A stretch of 64,000 nt of DNA from an uncultured delta proteobacterium (GCA_963743525.1 CAVUQH010000003.1:704001-768000), one strand, 5' to 3'; positions 12,306-23,826 are shown, counted from the stretch's first letter. The notes: a model not told the origin generated them from the sequence alone. Program-made: numbers and translations.

Positions 12306-15300
12306 ATGCGTCTCACCGATAAACGCTATTCCGCTACCGACTCGGGTGCGGACCAGTCTGGCCCTGAGGGCAGCCTCGCGCCTGGAAGGCGGACGCGAAC
12401 TGACGCCCGTTACGGCGACAACAAGGGCAGCAAGTCGCCGATCCAGCGCAAGGGCGACGGCGCCGTGGAAGAGACGCCATCGTTGTCGAGCGGGGGAACG
12501 CCGCTGCCACCGCCGGTGCAGACCAAGATGGAAGGCGCTTTCGGCGCCGACTTCTCCGACGTGCGAGTGCATGCCGACAGCGGGGCGCCGACGCAAGTCG
12601 GTGCGGTCGCCTACGCCCAGGGACGCGACATCGCGTTTGCCCCCGGTCAGTACGATCCGTCGAGCCAGTCCGGCCAGGAGCTCATCGGCCACGAGCTGAC
12701 CCACGTCGTCCAGCAAAGCGGCGGCCAGGTCGGTGTGCAGACCAAGGGCGGCGACGTCAACTCGGATAGCTCGCTGGAGTCCGAGGCCGACGACCTCGGT
12801 GCGCGCGCGGCGCGCGGCCAGGCGGTCGCGGTCAGGGGCGTCGGCGGCGGCATTCAGCGCAAGGGCGGCCAGAAGGACGCCAGGACCATCGCCCTCGAGG
12901 TCACCCGAGAGCTGATGAACGGCGTCGAAGGCGAAGCGGCGCACGACGCCGCCGGCCAGGCGGCGAAAGCGGGCGTCAACGCCAAGCTCAGGCCGCACGT
13001 CGTCCAGCAGGCAAAGGCCGCCGCAGACGAAGCGGCCAGTCGCCTGATCCTGGCCGCGACCGACGGCACCTCGGGCACGATCTTCAGCACCCAGCACGGC
13101 ACCGGCGAGTTCACCGAAGCGACCTCGCAGAACGCGCGGGAAGCGACCGACGAGATCCGCCAGGGACACGGCTACAGCCAGGCCAGCTCCAAGGAAGTCG
13201 GCGACACGGTGGGGCGCGCGAGCCAGGAAGGCGGCAAACAAGCCGCCACCGTGATGGCCACGCGGCTGGCCGGTGAGACGGCCCGCGGCGTCGCCGACGA
13301 GGCGCTCGAAGGCGCCGAGCAGCAGGTCGCCGCGCAGATCCTCGATCTGGCGGGCTCGCGAGTGGCCTCGGTGAAGGAAAGCGTCGTGACCAGGGTGGCG
13401 GCCCGGGTGACGACGCTGACCTCGAAGTCTCCGCAGCTCTCCGACAACGCGATCCGCACGGTGCAGAACCTGCTGTTGGAGCGATGCGTGGAGCAGGCGC
13501 TCGCCGACCAGAGCCTGTTCAAGGCGGCGCAGAAGGCGGCCAAGAAGCTCAAGAGCTCCACGGCCAGCTCGGCCAAGGAGACGGTGACCTCCCAGGTCGC
13601 CGGGCAAGAGGACGACGTGCGGCGCACGGCCATCGGCGAAGCCGGCGTGGCTGCGCGCAGCGCCCTGGCCGGTATCGAAGACGCGGCCGATGACGAGGAT
13701 ACCGCGCCGCTGTTCAACACCCTCATTCAGGAGCTGGAGACCGCGCTCGAGCCGTATGTCGGATCGCAGCTCAAGGCGACGCGCTTCCACCAGTTCGGTC
13801 GCCGGCGCGAGCTGCGCGAGCAGCTCAAGGGCGTCGCGCGCCAGGTGGTCAACACCGAGATCACGCAGCTGATGCCGCAGGGCGACGACCGCGTCGGCCA
13901 CGAGAACGAGCTCACCTACAAGGAGACGCTGGCCAAACGCGAGGCGTATACCGAGGTCAAGGAAGACGTCGACGAGTTCCTGACCCAGATCGCGGCGGGC
14001 ATCGCCAGCCGCGCGGCCCGCGACCAGAAGATGGCGATGGCCAGCTGCGCGTACGAAGCCAAGAAGGCGCACGCGCGGGTGGAGAAAGCCCTGCGCGCGG
14101 CCAAGTCGAACATGCTCTCGCACGCCAAGACGCAGGCCTCCGCCTGGGTCGACCAGATGTTCAGCGCGCTGGCCGGCGGTGGCGGCGCCGAGCAGGAGGC
14201 CCGGGACGTCAGCGGATTCCAACGCTGACGTCGGCCAGCTGGTGCGCGGCCGCCGGGTCGCGGAGAAGTCGATCGAGGCGGCGGACTCCGAAGAGGGCGT
14301 CGGCATGATCGGCAAGCTCCTCGACGCCGTCATCCCCGATGCCGGCGACGGTCTGTCGGCCAAGATCAGCCTGAAGATCCCGCTGGTGACCGACCCGTAC
14401 GGCGGTCAGGTGGCCAAGCTCAACCTCATCTGCGACGTCAACGGCAAGGCCGGCCGCGGTACCGAAGGTTTCGTCACCGCCGGCGTACCCGCCATCGCCT
14501 CCAACCCGAACCACCTCGAGCTCGAGCTCGGGTATTCGATCGGACTGCAGGCCGAGGCGGGCGCCTCGTCGGTTCTGGGCGCCGACATCAGCGCCAGCTA
14601 CAAGTCGTTCGTGCGCGCCGGCGCCGACAGCACCCAGAGCGCCATGGCTGCGTTCCGCTACGCGATCTATCGCGGCACGCCGGTCAAATCGCTGGCCGCC
14701 GCCTGGTATGGCGGTTTCGTGCAGAAGCGCGGTGGCATGCCCCAGGCCGACTACATGCTCGCCGAGCAGCGCGCTGCAGCGGTGGAGGAACAGCATTTCC
14801 GCGCCGACGGCAAGCAGCGCACGTTCGCCCAGCACGGGCGCGGGATCGGCATCGACGCGTCGGCCGCTGCCAACGCCGACGGCGGCGGAATGGCCAAGCT
14901 GGGCGCCAAGGCCGAGGCCTCCGGCGGCTACAGTCGCTTCCGCAATATCACCGGCGAGACGCTGGGCGAGCTCGACGGCGAGGGGATGGGTGGCGGTCCG
15001 AAGACCCAGGAGGAGGCCAAGCGGCGCCGCGCGGCGATGAGCAAGGGCCTCGGCTCCGAAGGCAAGAACGCGTTCTCGGCTTCACTGGCGACCGAGGTCA
15101 ACGTGCTCGGCCAGGGCATCTCGCTGTCCGGCGCGATCAGCGGCACCGGCCTCCAGAACTGGGGCGTAGAGCTGAAGGCCGGCATCGCCGGCATGCTCGC
15201 CAACAACACTCCGATGGACGCCATCATCACGGTGGCCAACGGCATCTACGAGCTCGAGCAGAAGCTGTTGAGCGCCTTGGGCTCGCACCTCGACAAGAAA

Positions 15301-15672
15301 GAGGAGATGCTCGCCAACGGCAAGAGCAAGGAAGAGATCCGCAAGCAGCTGCACCTCGAGCTGCAGGCGCGGAATCTCATCCAGGGCGCCGTCAACGTGG
15401 GCACGACGGTGCTGTCGCACCTCGGCATCGCCGAGGGGTCGCTCGCGGCATCCTTCCAGTTCGGCCTGTCCGGCGGAAAGTGGACCGATCGCTTCGACAT
15501 CATCTCGTTCGACCAAGATCGCCACGCCCGACTCGGTGCCGATCTTCGGCGCGGAGCTGTCGAAGGAGACCAAGCTGATCACCGCCGAGCATCAGGGCAA
15601 GGGCCGCCGCGCCTTCGCGTCGCCGGGCGTCCTTTCCGAGAGCAGCGAGACCTAGTAGTCTCGACGCGATGA
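12306..15672 (+). CDS. Large DUF4157 (eCIS core-domain) protein, split by frameshifts near 14200 and probably 15520
   Basis: [24 protein letters not shown]...[15 protein letters not shown]...[12 protein letters not shown]...LESEAD. ORF 14179-15672 continues with the same codon bias. Confidence 0.8.
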
Positions 15673-16560
15673 ACGCCGACGCCAGCACCGAGCGGCCGGT
15701 CGAAGTGACCTTCACCAGCGTCGGCGGTGTGCCGCTGCCGGCCACGATCGAGTCGTTCGCCGTTGACCTGCGCAAGACCGCGGCCGAGCCGTGCCGCATT
15801 CGCTTGTCCCTGGCGCCCGAGGTCTTCGCCGCCGCTGTCGAAGAACAGGCGTTCAACCTGTTCCCCGGCGCGCTGGTCGGCGACGGCCTGTCGTCGCTGT
15901 TCGACCGACAGCCGCGTCGTGGTCGACGCGCGACTGCGCGCGCCCGCCATCCGCGGGTTCGTCCGCCGACACGGCAGCCTGGATCGACTGTTCGAACAGC
16001 TCGCCACCGACGACGCCCTGCTGCGCGCCGACAGCTGGCTGGCGCTGACCATCGTCCAGGAGGTTGACCTGCCCGCCGAGATCGGCGACGGCGCCCACGC
16101 CTCCGTCGGCTGCGAGACGCTGTGGAATCAGCAGCCGTCGGCCGGGCTCCCTGCGGGCACGATCGCCGAGGTCGCACGTCGCACGCTGGCCGAGCTCGGT
16201 TACGACGTCACGCCCGTGGACGACCAGCTCTGTCGCGCGCTGATAGAGCAGGGCGGTCACAAATGGCCGCTCCTCGTCCATTGCGACGACGCCGAGCGGA
16301 CCTGCGTCTGCTGGTCGGTCTATCCGCGCCTGGCCGAACCGCAACAGCGACCCGCGGTGGCCGGCTTCCTCCTCGAGGTCAACTACGAGCTGTCGGTCGG
16401 CAGCTTCGAGATGGATCCCGCCGACGGCGAGATTCGCTTCCGGACCAGCATCGACGTCGGATCCGGAGCTCTCGACCCCGAGCTGTTCCGGCGGCTGGTC
16501 GCGCGCAACCTCGGCGGCATGGGCCGCGCCATCCCGCTCCTCGACGCCTATTTCGCCTAG
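15669..16560 (+). CDS. YbjN-domain protein (frameshift near 15905)
   Basis: ATGA overlap with the upstream ORF; C-terminal FLLEVNYELSVGSFEMDPADGEIRFRTSIDV is YbjN-like. Confidence 0.75.
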
Positions 16561-16594
16561 CCGGTTCGCCGGCAGATCGTGTTATCCGTAGAGG

Positions 16595-17185
16595 ATGGGC
16601 GGTCCCAAGAAGCCGACGCGCACGATGGACGAGTCCCACTCTCCCCGCTGGCGCGAGGAGTCGGACGTGTTGCGGCAGATCCTGCTCGACTGTGGCCTGC
16701 AGGAGGAGCGGAAGTGGGGCAAGCCGTGCTTCACCTGCGACGGCAACAACATCGCCATCATCCAGAAGATGAAGGCGTTCCTGGCGCTGATGTTCTTCAA
16801 CGGCGCGCTGCTGAAGGATGACCGCGGCGCGCTCAAATCACAGGGCCCGAACTCCCACGCGGCCCGGCGGCTCGAGCTGACGTCGATGGACGCGGTCCTC
16901 GAAGCGAAGCCGATCATCGGACGCTACGTCCGCGAGGCCATCGCCAACGACAAGGCCGGCCGGAAGGTGACCAAGAAGCAGCACGAGCTGGTCCTGCCCG
17001 AGGAGCTGAAGGCCCGATTCGCCCGCGATCCGGCGCTCGCCGCCGCCTTCGCTGCGCTCACGCCGGGCCGGCAACGCGGCTACAACCTACACTTCTCGGC
17101 GCCCAAGGGATCCGAGGCTCGCGCGCGCCGGATCGACAAATACGCGGCCAAGATTCTCAGCGGCAAGGGCTTCCACGACCACTGA
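16595..17185 (+). CDS. YdeI/OmpD-associated family protein (DUF1801)
   Basis: KWGKPCF...ALMFFNGALLKD...AFAALTPGRQRGY..HFSAPK....R..RI.K. Confidence 0.88.
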   Translation: MGGPKKPTRTMDESHSPRWREESDVLRQILLDCGLQEERKWGKPCFTCDGNNIAIIQKMKAFLALMFFNGALLKDDRGALKSQGPNSHAARRLELTSMDAVLEAKPIIGRYVREAIANDKAGRKVTKKQHELVLPEELKARFARDPALAAAFAALTPGRQRGYNLHFSAPKGSEARARRIDKYAAKILSGKGFHDH

Positions 17186-17186
17186 G

Positions 17187-18389
17187 TCAGGGGAAGACCA
17201 GCGTGTGCTCGCCCTGTAGCCCGCTGGCCTGGCAGGTCTTGTCCTTCGCCGTGATGAGCAGGCGGCCGCCCGACGTCAGTGTGGCGGCGCAGTTGAGCAA
17301 AATCGAGAACGAGTTGTCGTCGGGGTCGGCTTCGTCGCCCTCGTACGAGCTGAACAGATCGACCGAGTAGCAGCTCGGCTTTGCCGACGCGCCGACGCCG
17401 CAAACCGTGATGGTCTTGCCCTTTTCCATGGCATAGCGTCCCTCCTCGAAGGAGGTCTGGATGACCAGTCGGCCGTGCTCGTCGGTGAACGAATCGATGT
17501 TCCAGTCGTGATGATTTCCGCGGTTGACCAGGCGCGGCAAGACCCACAACCCATCGTCGCGTCCGAAGACCAGGCCCACGGCGGGCAGATCCTGGTGCAC
17601 ATCGGCGCCGTTCAACCACTCGATCGAGTCGAAGCCAGCCGGGGCAAGGGACGACTGATACGGAACATGGGCCTGGTTCGGGTTGTCGCCCTTCCACGAA
17701 CAGTAGGTCTCTTGCAGCCAGTCGGGGTTGGGTATGCCGATGGCTTCGCAGAACTCTCGCACCGACTTGTACGGACCCTTCAGCGGGGTCGCCCGCCACT
17801 CCGACGTGGGAACCTCTGCGCCCAGTGCCCGCAGTCGTTTGGCCACCACGCGGTGCGGCCGCAGTCGGTACGACCTCTGGTAGTCGGCAATGGCCGCGTC
17901 CTCGTTGCCCTCCTGCTCGTCGATGCGGCCCAGGTTGTACAGCGATGCGCCCACCAGCCCCGGGTTCGAGCCCGCGTTCCTCACCGATGACTCGGCCGCC
18001 TTGCGGGCGCCGGCCAGGTCGCCGGCCTCGAACGCAGCCCACGACAGCTCCGACAGGGCCACTGGATCTCCCGGGCGCGCCGCCTCCGCCGCGCGGAATG
18101 CGGTCGCGGCCTCGGCGGCCTTGCCGGCGTCGATCAGCCGGCGGCCCTGCTTCAACGCCTTGGCGTACGCCTTGGGATCGACCTTGCGCTTGCTCTCGCG
18201 GACCGGCGCCGCGCCCGCCGCCGGCTTCTTCGCCGGGTCGGCGGCGGGCCTGGCGACGCCCGGATCGGCGGCTTCGCCAGCCGCCGGGGCCGTCGTCGCT
18301 GCGGGCTGCTTGCCGCTGTCAGCGCTGCTCTTGCAGCCCGGCGCCAGCGCGAGGATTGCCACCAACACCGACCAGATCCTGCTTCCCAT
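17187..18389 (-). CDS. TPR-containing lipoprotein
   Basis: Lipobox LAPGC; TPR-like ALSELSWAAF...ASLYNLGRI...AIADYQRSYRLRP. Confidence 0.75.
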   Translation of the reverse strand: MGSRIWSVLVAILALAPGCKSSADSGKQPAATTAPAAGEAADPGVARPAADPAKKPAAGAAPVRESKRKVDPKAYAKALKQGRRLIDAGKAAEAATAFRAAEAARPGDPVALSELSWAAFEAGDLAGARKAAESSVRNAGSNPGLVGASLYNLGRIDEQEGNEDAAIADYQRSYRLRPHRVVAKRLRALGAEVPTSEWRATPLKGPYKSVREFCEAIGIPNPDWLQETYCSWKGDNPNQAHVPYQSSLAPAGFDSIEWLNGADVHQDLPAVGLVFGRDDGLWVLPRLVNRGNHHDWNIDSFTDEHGRLVIQTSFEEGRYAMEKGKTITVCGVGASAKPSCYSVDLFSSYEGDEADPDDNSFSILLNCAATLTSGGRLLITAKDKTCQASGLQGEHTLVFP

Positions 18390-18513
18390 GGGTTGACGCT
18401 ATCACCGTTGCGGTGTACAGTATTTCCAGAAAACTTCAGTTTGACTGGAACAGTCCGGTACGACAAAATGGACATATGCGGTCGTTCATTGGTCGCAGGG
18501 AAGGAAGAGGCAG

Positions 18514-18699
18514 GTGTACGACGCCGTGAAAGTGTTCAGCGCGACTCTGGCCAAGAAGCGTGCTGCCCTCGGTGAGGAAGTCACCGAATGGATCCGACGC
18601 AACCCGCGAGCCACGATCGTCAACAAGATCGTGACGCAGTCGTCGGACGCAGAGTTTCATTGCCTGACGATCACGCTCTTCTACCGCGAAGAAGACTAG
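18514..18699 (+). CDS. Small conserved myxobacterial-type protein (61 aa)
   Basis: VKVFSAT...LGEEVTEWI...VTQSSDAEFHCLTITLFY resembles a small protein family recalled from Myxococcales; purine-rich RBS upstream. Confidence 0.7.
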   Translation: MYDAVKVFSATLAKKRAALGEEVTEWIRRNPRATIVNKIVTQSSDAEFHCLTITLFYREED

Positions 18700-18747
18700 A
18701 CGCGTCGCTGCGCAGCGTCGCGTCGGCGTCGTTGTTAGAGTCGGCGC

Positions 18748-19836
18748 ATGAGCGATGATCTCCAGGTTCGTCGGCGCACGCTGCGCGATGCCAGTCGCTG
18801 GTTGCACGGGCACGGCCCCAGCGAGCCGGGCCCGCTCATGCGCGAGGTCGCCGCGTGGTGCGACGCGCAGTCGGCCCGCTTCGACGTCTACGGCACCGGC
18901 GATCTGATCGAACAGTTCGAGGCGCGCGTCGCCGAGCTGCTCGGCTTTCCGGCCGCGCGTTTCTTCCCCAGCGGCACCATGGCGCAACAGATCGCGCTGC
19001 GGATCTGGAGCGACCGCGCCGGCAACGATCGGGTCGGCATGCATCCGACGTCGCACGTCGAGCTGCACGAGCAGCGCGGCTACGCCCACCTGCACCGGCT
19101 GCACGCGACGCTGGTGGGACCGATCGCCAGCCCGTTGGTTGCCGAACATTTCGCCGCTGTCGCCGAGCCGCTGGCCGCGCTGCTGATCGAGTTGCCGATC
19201 CGCGAGGCCGGCGGCCAGCTGCCGACGTGGGATCAGCTAACGGAGCTGAAGCAGGCGGTGGGCGATGGGCCGACGCGCTTGCACCTCGACGGCGCCCGGC
19301 TTTGGGAATGTGCCGCCTGGTTCGGCCGCAGCTACGCCGAGATCTGCGACGGGTTCGACTCGGTCTACGTGTCGTTCTACAAGGGCATCGGCGCGCTGCC
19401 CGGCGCCATGCTGCTGGGCGCGCGCGACTTCATCGATCAGGCGATCGTCTGGCAGCGACGGTGCGGCGGCAACCTGTACACCCTGGCGCCCAACGTGGCC
19501 TCGGCTGCCATGCTGCTCGATCGGCGGCTGGCCCGCATGCCCGACTACTACCGGCGGGCGCGCGAGATCGCCGGCGTCGTCAACGGCATCGATGGGCTCA
19601 CCGTTCTGCCGGCGCCGCCCCACACCAACATGATGCATGTCTTCGTTGCCCGCGATGCCGAGGCGGCGATGCTCGCCCGCGACCGGGTCGCCGAAGAGCA
19701 CCGGCTGTGGCTGTTCGGCGGCGCGCGCCCCGCCGACCTGCCCGGTCACTGCCGCTTCGAGCTATACGTCGGCGACGCCGCCCTCGCGCTCGACGACGAC
19801 ACCATCGGCGCCGGCTTCCGCGCCCTGATGGCCTGA
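18748..19836 (+). CDS. Low-specificity threonine aldolase family (PLP-dependent)
   Basis: FFPSGTMAQ, HLDGARLW, DSVYVSFYKGIG (PLP lysine). Confidence 0.88.
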   Translation: MSDDLQVRRRTLRDASRWLHGHGPSEPGPLMREVAAWCDAQSARFDVYGTGDLIEQFEARVAELLGFPAARFFPSGTMAQQIALRIWSDRAGNDRVGMHPTSHVELHEQRGYAHLHRLHATLVGPIASPLVAEHFAAVAEPLAALLIELPIREAGGQLPTWDQLTELKQAVGDGPTRLHLDGARLWECAAWFGRSYAEICDGFDSVYVSFYKGIGALPGAMLLGARDFIDQAIVWQRRCGGNLYTLAPNVASAAMLLDRRLARMPDYYRRAREIAGVVNGIDGLTVLPAPPHTNMMHVFVARDAEAAMLARDRVAEEHRLWLFGGARPADLPGHCRFELYVGDAALALDDDTIGAGFRALMA

Positions 19837-19841
19837 GGTGA

Positions 19842-20149
19842 CTACGCGGGCTTGCGCAGCCGCCAGATCTGCTCCGACGGGAACTCTCGCGCCCACGCGG
19901 CGGAAACGGTGAATCGATCCTCGGTCGCGTCGGCGGGGGCGCGCAGCTCGACGTAGTCGACGATGTCGAAGCCGGTGCGGCGGAACAGCTGCACCCACTC
20001 GGAGATCGGCAGCTGGAACTCGATGCCTCCCGGCTCGTCGAGGTCAGGTCGTCGCGGCCCCAGCAGCGCTCGCCAGAGGCGACCCACTCGTCGGCCACGC
20101 CATCCCAGTAGCGGCGGTTGACCGCGACGTGCTCCGGCAGCTTCGTCAT
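19842..20149 (-). pseudogene. Class I SAM methyltransferase remnant with the central region deleted
   Basis: N-terminus MTKLPEHVAVNRRYWD...GERCWGRDDLT is joined out of frame to a C-terminus EPGGIEFQLPISEWVQLFRRTGFDIVD...WAREFPSEQIWRLRK; no SAM-binding motif remains. Confidence 0.65.
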
Positions 20150-20152
20150 CGC

Positions 20153-20758
20153 TCAGGCCGGCTTCGACGCGGTGACCAGGAAGATCGAGTACCGCCGGTC
20201 CTCCTTGGTCACCTCGCACGCGGTGACGAAGCGAGGCTCGGCGAATCCGACCTCGGTCAGCAACCCGGCCAGCCCGTCACGATCGAAGCCCGAGTGGTAG
20301 ACGCCCACGGTCTCGGGCGGGTGGAAGTCGCCCTTTTCCGTGTCGAGGTCGGCCAGCGCGATCCGCCCGCCCGGCACGAGGTGCTGGTACAGCGCGCGGA
20401 ACAGGGCGCGGGTGTCCTCGACGTGGTGCATGGCCATCGCGCTGACCACCAGGTCGACCGTCCGCCCGAGCGGCGCGTCGATGATGTCCTGGCAGAAGAT
20501 CTCCACCTTGTCTCGGAGCTCTGGTTTCTTGGCCAGCTGCGCCAGCATGGCCGCCGACAGATCGACCGCCAGGATGCTCTTCACGCGCGGGGCGATCCGA
20601 TTCGACACCAGACCGGTGCCCGCGCCGAAGTCCATCACCGTCATCGTCGGTTGCAGGTTGACCTCCGCCGCGATGGCCGCAGAGACACCTTCGGAGATCT
20701 GCTGGGGCACCGGCCGACTGTCCCAGTCGGCTGCCTTGTCGTGAAAGTGGTCTTGCAT
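20153..20758 (-). CDS. Class I SAM-dependent methyltransferase
   Basis: FHDKAADWD, MDFGAGTG, VDLSAAML, SAMAMHHV, PGGRIALADL. Confidence 0.9.
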   Translation of the reverse strand: MQDHFHDKAADWDSRPVPQQISEGVSAAIAAEVNLQPTMTVMDFGAGTGLVSNRIAPRVKSILAVDLSAAMLAQLAKKPELRDKVEIFCQDIIDAPLGRTVDLVVSAMAMHHVEDTRALFRALYQHLVPGGRIALADLDTEKGDFHPPETVGVYHSGFDRDGLAGLLTEVGFAEPRFVTACEVTKEDRRYSIFLVTASKPA

Positions 20759-20832
20759 GGTCACTTCTCCAGAACAGCGCAACTCTACCAGCGCCGATTG
20801 CTTTTTGTACTGCATCGTCTACTGTCTGACTC

Positions 20833-23826
20833 GTGCTCATCGAGGAGGGGGTGTTCGTCGGCCGCGGCGCCGAGCTTGCGGTTGGTGAACGCGCTGTCGC
20901 CCGTGCGCTCGCCGGCGAGGGCACGCTTCTCCTGTTGTCGGGCGAGGCCGGTCTGGGCAAGACGCGTCTCGCCCGGGCCATCGGCGCAGTCGCCGAGGAG
21001 CGCGGGGCCAGGCTGGTTTGGGGCCGGGCGTGGGAGAGTGGGGGCGCACCGTCGTACTGGCCGTGGATCCAGCTGTTTCGCGCCCTCGGTGCGCCCTCGG
21101 ACCCGTTCGCCGCTGACGAGGCCGATGGTGGCATCGAGGTGTCGCAGACGCGATTCACCCGCTTCGATCGCGCGGCGCGATGGCTGAGCGCGGCTGCTGA
21201 CGACCAGCCGATCATGATTGCGCTCGACGATCTACACGCCGCCGACGTGCCATCGCTGTTGTTCCTGCATTTCCTCGCCCGCGATCTGTATCGATCGCGG
21301 CTGCTCGTCGTCGGCACCTATCGCGACCCCGAGGCCAGGCTCGCCGGTGCCGCAGGCGAGTTGCTGGCCAAGATCTCGCGCGAGGGAACGACGATCGCGC
21401 TCGACCCACTGTCGCGGGATGACGTGCTGGCCTGGGTGTGCGCGGCGACCCGGGTTGACGTCGCGTCTGCGGGCGCCGAGGCCGAAGCCGACCGCATCCA
21501 CTCGATCACCGAGGGCAACGCGCTGTTCATTCACGAGCTGTTGCGAGTGCGCGGCGCGTCGAGCCCGGCGTTCGCCGCGAAGCTGCCGGGTATGCGCGCG
21601 CTCCTCGACGAGCACGTCGCGCGGCTGACAGCGAGCACACGCGAGGTGGTGGAAGTCGGCTCGGTGCTCGGGCGCGACGTGGATCCCCGACTGGTCGCGG
21701 CGGTCGCCGATCGACCGCTCAATCAGGTCGAGCAAGCGCTGCGCGAGGCCTGCGACGTCGGTCTGTTGGTCGAAGACGACGGACGGGTCTCGTTCGCGCA
21801 CATTCTGTTGCGCGAGAGGTTGTATGCCGAGGTGCCGCCGGCGCGGCGCGCCGAGCTCCACGGCGCGGTCGGGGAACGGCTCGTCGCCGACGGCGGGGAC
21901 CTGGCCACCGCGGCGCATCACTTGTTCCAAAGCTCGAGGCCGACCGAGCGGATCGCCGAGGTCGCCCGCGATGCAGCGCGCGTCGCGTTGGCCCGGCTGG
22001 CGTTCGAGGAAGCCGAGCGACTGTGCGAGCGCGCGCTGGCGGTGCACGAGGCAGACGACGCGCTGACGTTCCAGCTGCAGCTGGCGCTCGCCGAGGCGAT
22101 GGTGCGTGCTGGCAAGCGAGCCGAGGGCCGCGCCGTCTGCGCCCGCGTTGCCGAGCGCGCTCAACGACTCGGCTCGGCCGAGTGGCAGGCGCAGGCCGCG
22201 CTCGCGCTGGCGCTCGAGCAGGCCGCCGGCGCCGTCGATGCAACCATGGTCGAGACGCTGCGCGAGGCGCTGGAGGCACTGCCCGTGGCCGAAACGCCGC
22301 TTCGCGCCCGCTTGCTCGCCCGGTATGCCGGGTCGCTGACGCCGCCGCGGAGCGACGAGGACGCGGCCGCGGCGCGCGCCCACGGCGCCGAGGCGCTGGC
22401 TCTGGCGCGGCGTCTGGGCGATCCCGACACGCTGCTGTTCGCGCTGCACCACGGTGGGATCGGGCTGGGCTACCTGCTCTCGTTCCCCCAGCGCGCGGCG
22501 ATCATGAACGAGCTGTACGAGCTCGCCGACGGCCTCGGCCGGCCGCTGGTCAAGCTCCATCTCGGTGGCTGGCGCGTCGCCACCCTGCGCGAGCAGGGGC
22601 GTCTCGCCGACGCCGACGCCGTACTGCGCGACTACCAGCGTCTCGTCGACGAGGCGCCGCTGCCGCACTACCGGTGGCGGGTTCCGATGTTGCGAGCGAC
22701 GCTGGCGGCGCTCGAGTCGGACTTCGACAGCGCCGAGCGCCTGGCCGGCGATGCGCTCGCCATCGCCGAGGAGGGCGCGGTCGCCGCCGGACGCATCGCC
22801 TGGGCGATGTGTCGCGTCACGATCGCACAGCTCGGCGGCGAGCCGGAGTCGATCGCGCCGATTGCCGATCGGCTCGAGCCGATCGCCAGGCGAGTCCCGC
22901 CGTTGCACGCGTGGCTGTGCGCGGCGACCGGCCGGCGCGACGAGGCGCGGAGCGTGGTCGACCGGATGCTGGGCGGCGCCAGCTACTTCTCGTGGTCGCT
23001 GTTTTGCGCCGAGATTGCGTCGCTGGTCGACGACGCCGATCTCACCGCGCGCGCCTACGACGCCGTGCGCGTGCACGCCGGGGACAATTCTCTGCTGTGG
23101 GGACCGTCCGGCGTGGTGCTTTTCGGGCAGGCCCCGCGGGCGGCCGGCGATCTCGCCAGCCGCCTGGGTCGCAACGACGAGGCGCGTCGCTGGTACGACG
23201 CGGCCATCGCGCTGGGCGAGCGGATGAACGCGCCGGCACTGGTCGCGCTGGCCAGGAGGGGCCTGCCGTCACGCAGCGGCCACTCCGCGCCGCGGCGCGC
23301 GCACGAGCCGGGCATCACCGACATCGAGATCCAGCGCGACGGCGAGATGTGGCGGGTGTCGTCGTCGACTGGCAAGACGATGCGCCTCAAGGACTCCAAG
23401 GGGCTGTTCTATCTCAGCCACCTGGTCTCCGGTCCGCGGCAGGAGGTCCATGTCACCCAGCTCTCGGATCAGCCCGAGTCGTTCGGCGATGCCGGCGCGG
23501 TGCTCGATGCGCGGGCAAAGGCAGAGTACAAGCGGCGGGTCGAGGAGCTGCGCGACCGGTTGGAGGAGGCGCGCGCCTTCAACGACTTCGGCCGGGTTGA
23601 CCGACTCCAGGCCGAGCTCGAAGCGATCGCGGACCAGCTCGCGGCTGCGGTGGGGCTGGGCGGGCGAGATCGCAAGATGGGCTCCCACGCCGAGCGTGCC
23701 CGCATCAATATCCAGCGGCGCATCCGCGACGCCATCAAGCGCATCGCCAAGCACGATCCGGCCCTCGGCCGGTACCTGGACGCGACCGTCAAAACCGGAA
23801 TGTTCTGTATGTTTCTACCGGTTTAG
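20833..23826 (+). CDS. AAA/STAND-type ATPase transcriptional regulator
   Basis: FVGR..EL, GEAGLGKT, LDDLHAAD, TEGNALF, helical repeats, C-terminal ERARINIQRRIRDAI...VKTG.FC. Confidence 0.88.
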   Translation: MLIEEGVFVGRGAELAVGERAVARALAGEGTLLLLSGEAGLGKTRLARAIGAVAEERGARLVWGRAWESGGAPSYWPWIQLFRALGAPSDPFAADEADGGIEVSQTRFTRFDRAARWLSAAADDQPIMIALDDLHAADVPSLLFLHFLARDLYRSRLLVVGTYRDPEARLAGAAGELLAKISREGTTIALDPLSRDDVLAWVCAATRVDVASAGAEAEADRIHSITEGNALFIHELLRVRGASSPAFAAKLPGMRALLDEHVARLTASTREVVEVGSVLGRDVDPRLVAAVADRPLNQVEQALREACDVGLLVEDDGRVSFAHILLRERLYAEVPPARRAELHGAVGERLVADGGDLATAAHHLFQSSRPTERIAEVARDAARVALARLAFEEAERLCERALAVHEADDALTFQLQLALAEAMVRAGKRAEGRAVCARVAERAQRLGSAEWQAQAALALALEQAAGAVDATMVETLREALEALPVAETPLRARLLARYAGSLTPPRSDEDAAAARAHGAEALALARRLGDPDTLLFALHHGGIGLGYLLSFPQRAAIMNELYELADGLGRPLVKLHLGGWRVATLREQGRLADADAVLRDYQRLVDEAPLPHYRWRVPMLRATLAALESDFDSAERLAGDALAIAEEGAVAAGRIAWAMCRVTIAQLGGEPESIAPIADRLEPIARRVPPLHAWLCAATGRRDEARSVVDRMLGGASYFSWSLFCAEIASLVDDADLTARAYDAVRVHAGDNSLLWGPSGVVLFGQAPRAAGDLASRLGRNDEARRWYDAAIALGERMNAPALVALARRGLPSRSGHSAPRRAHEPGITDIEIQRDGEMWRVSSSTGKTMRLKDSKGLFYLSHLVSGPRQEVHVTQLSDQPESFGDAGAVLDARAKAEYKRRVEELRDRLEEARAFNDFGRVDRLQAELEAIADQLAAAVGLGGRDRKMGSHAERARINIQRRIRDAIKRIAKHDPALGRYLDATVKTGMFCMFLPV

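Noticed and set aside
18700..18725. Palindrome GACGCGtCGCTGCGCAGCGtCGCGTC as a terminator or REP
   Set aside because: Single copy, no U-tract, and expected by chance in GC-rich DNA.
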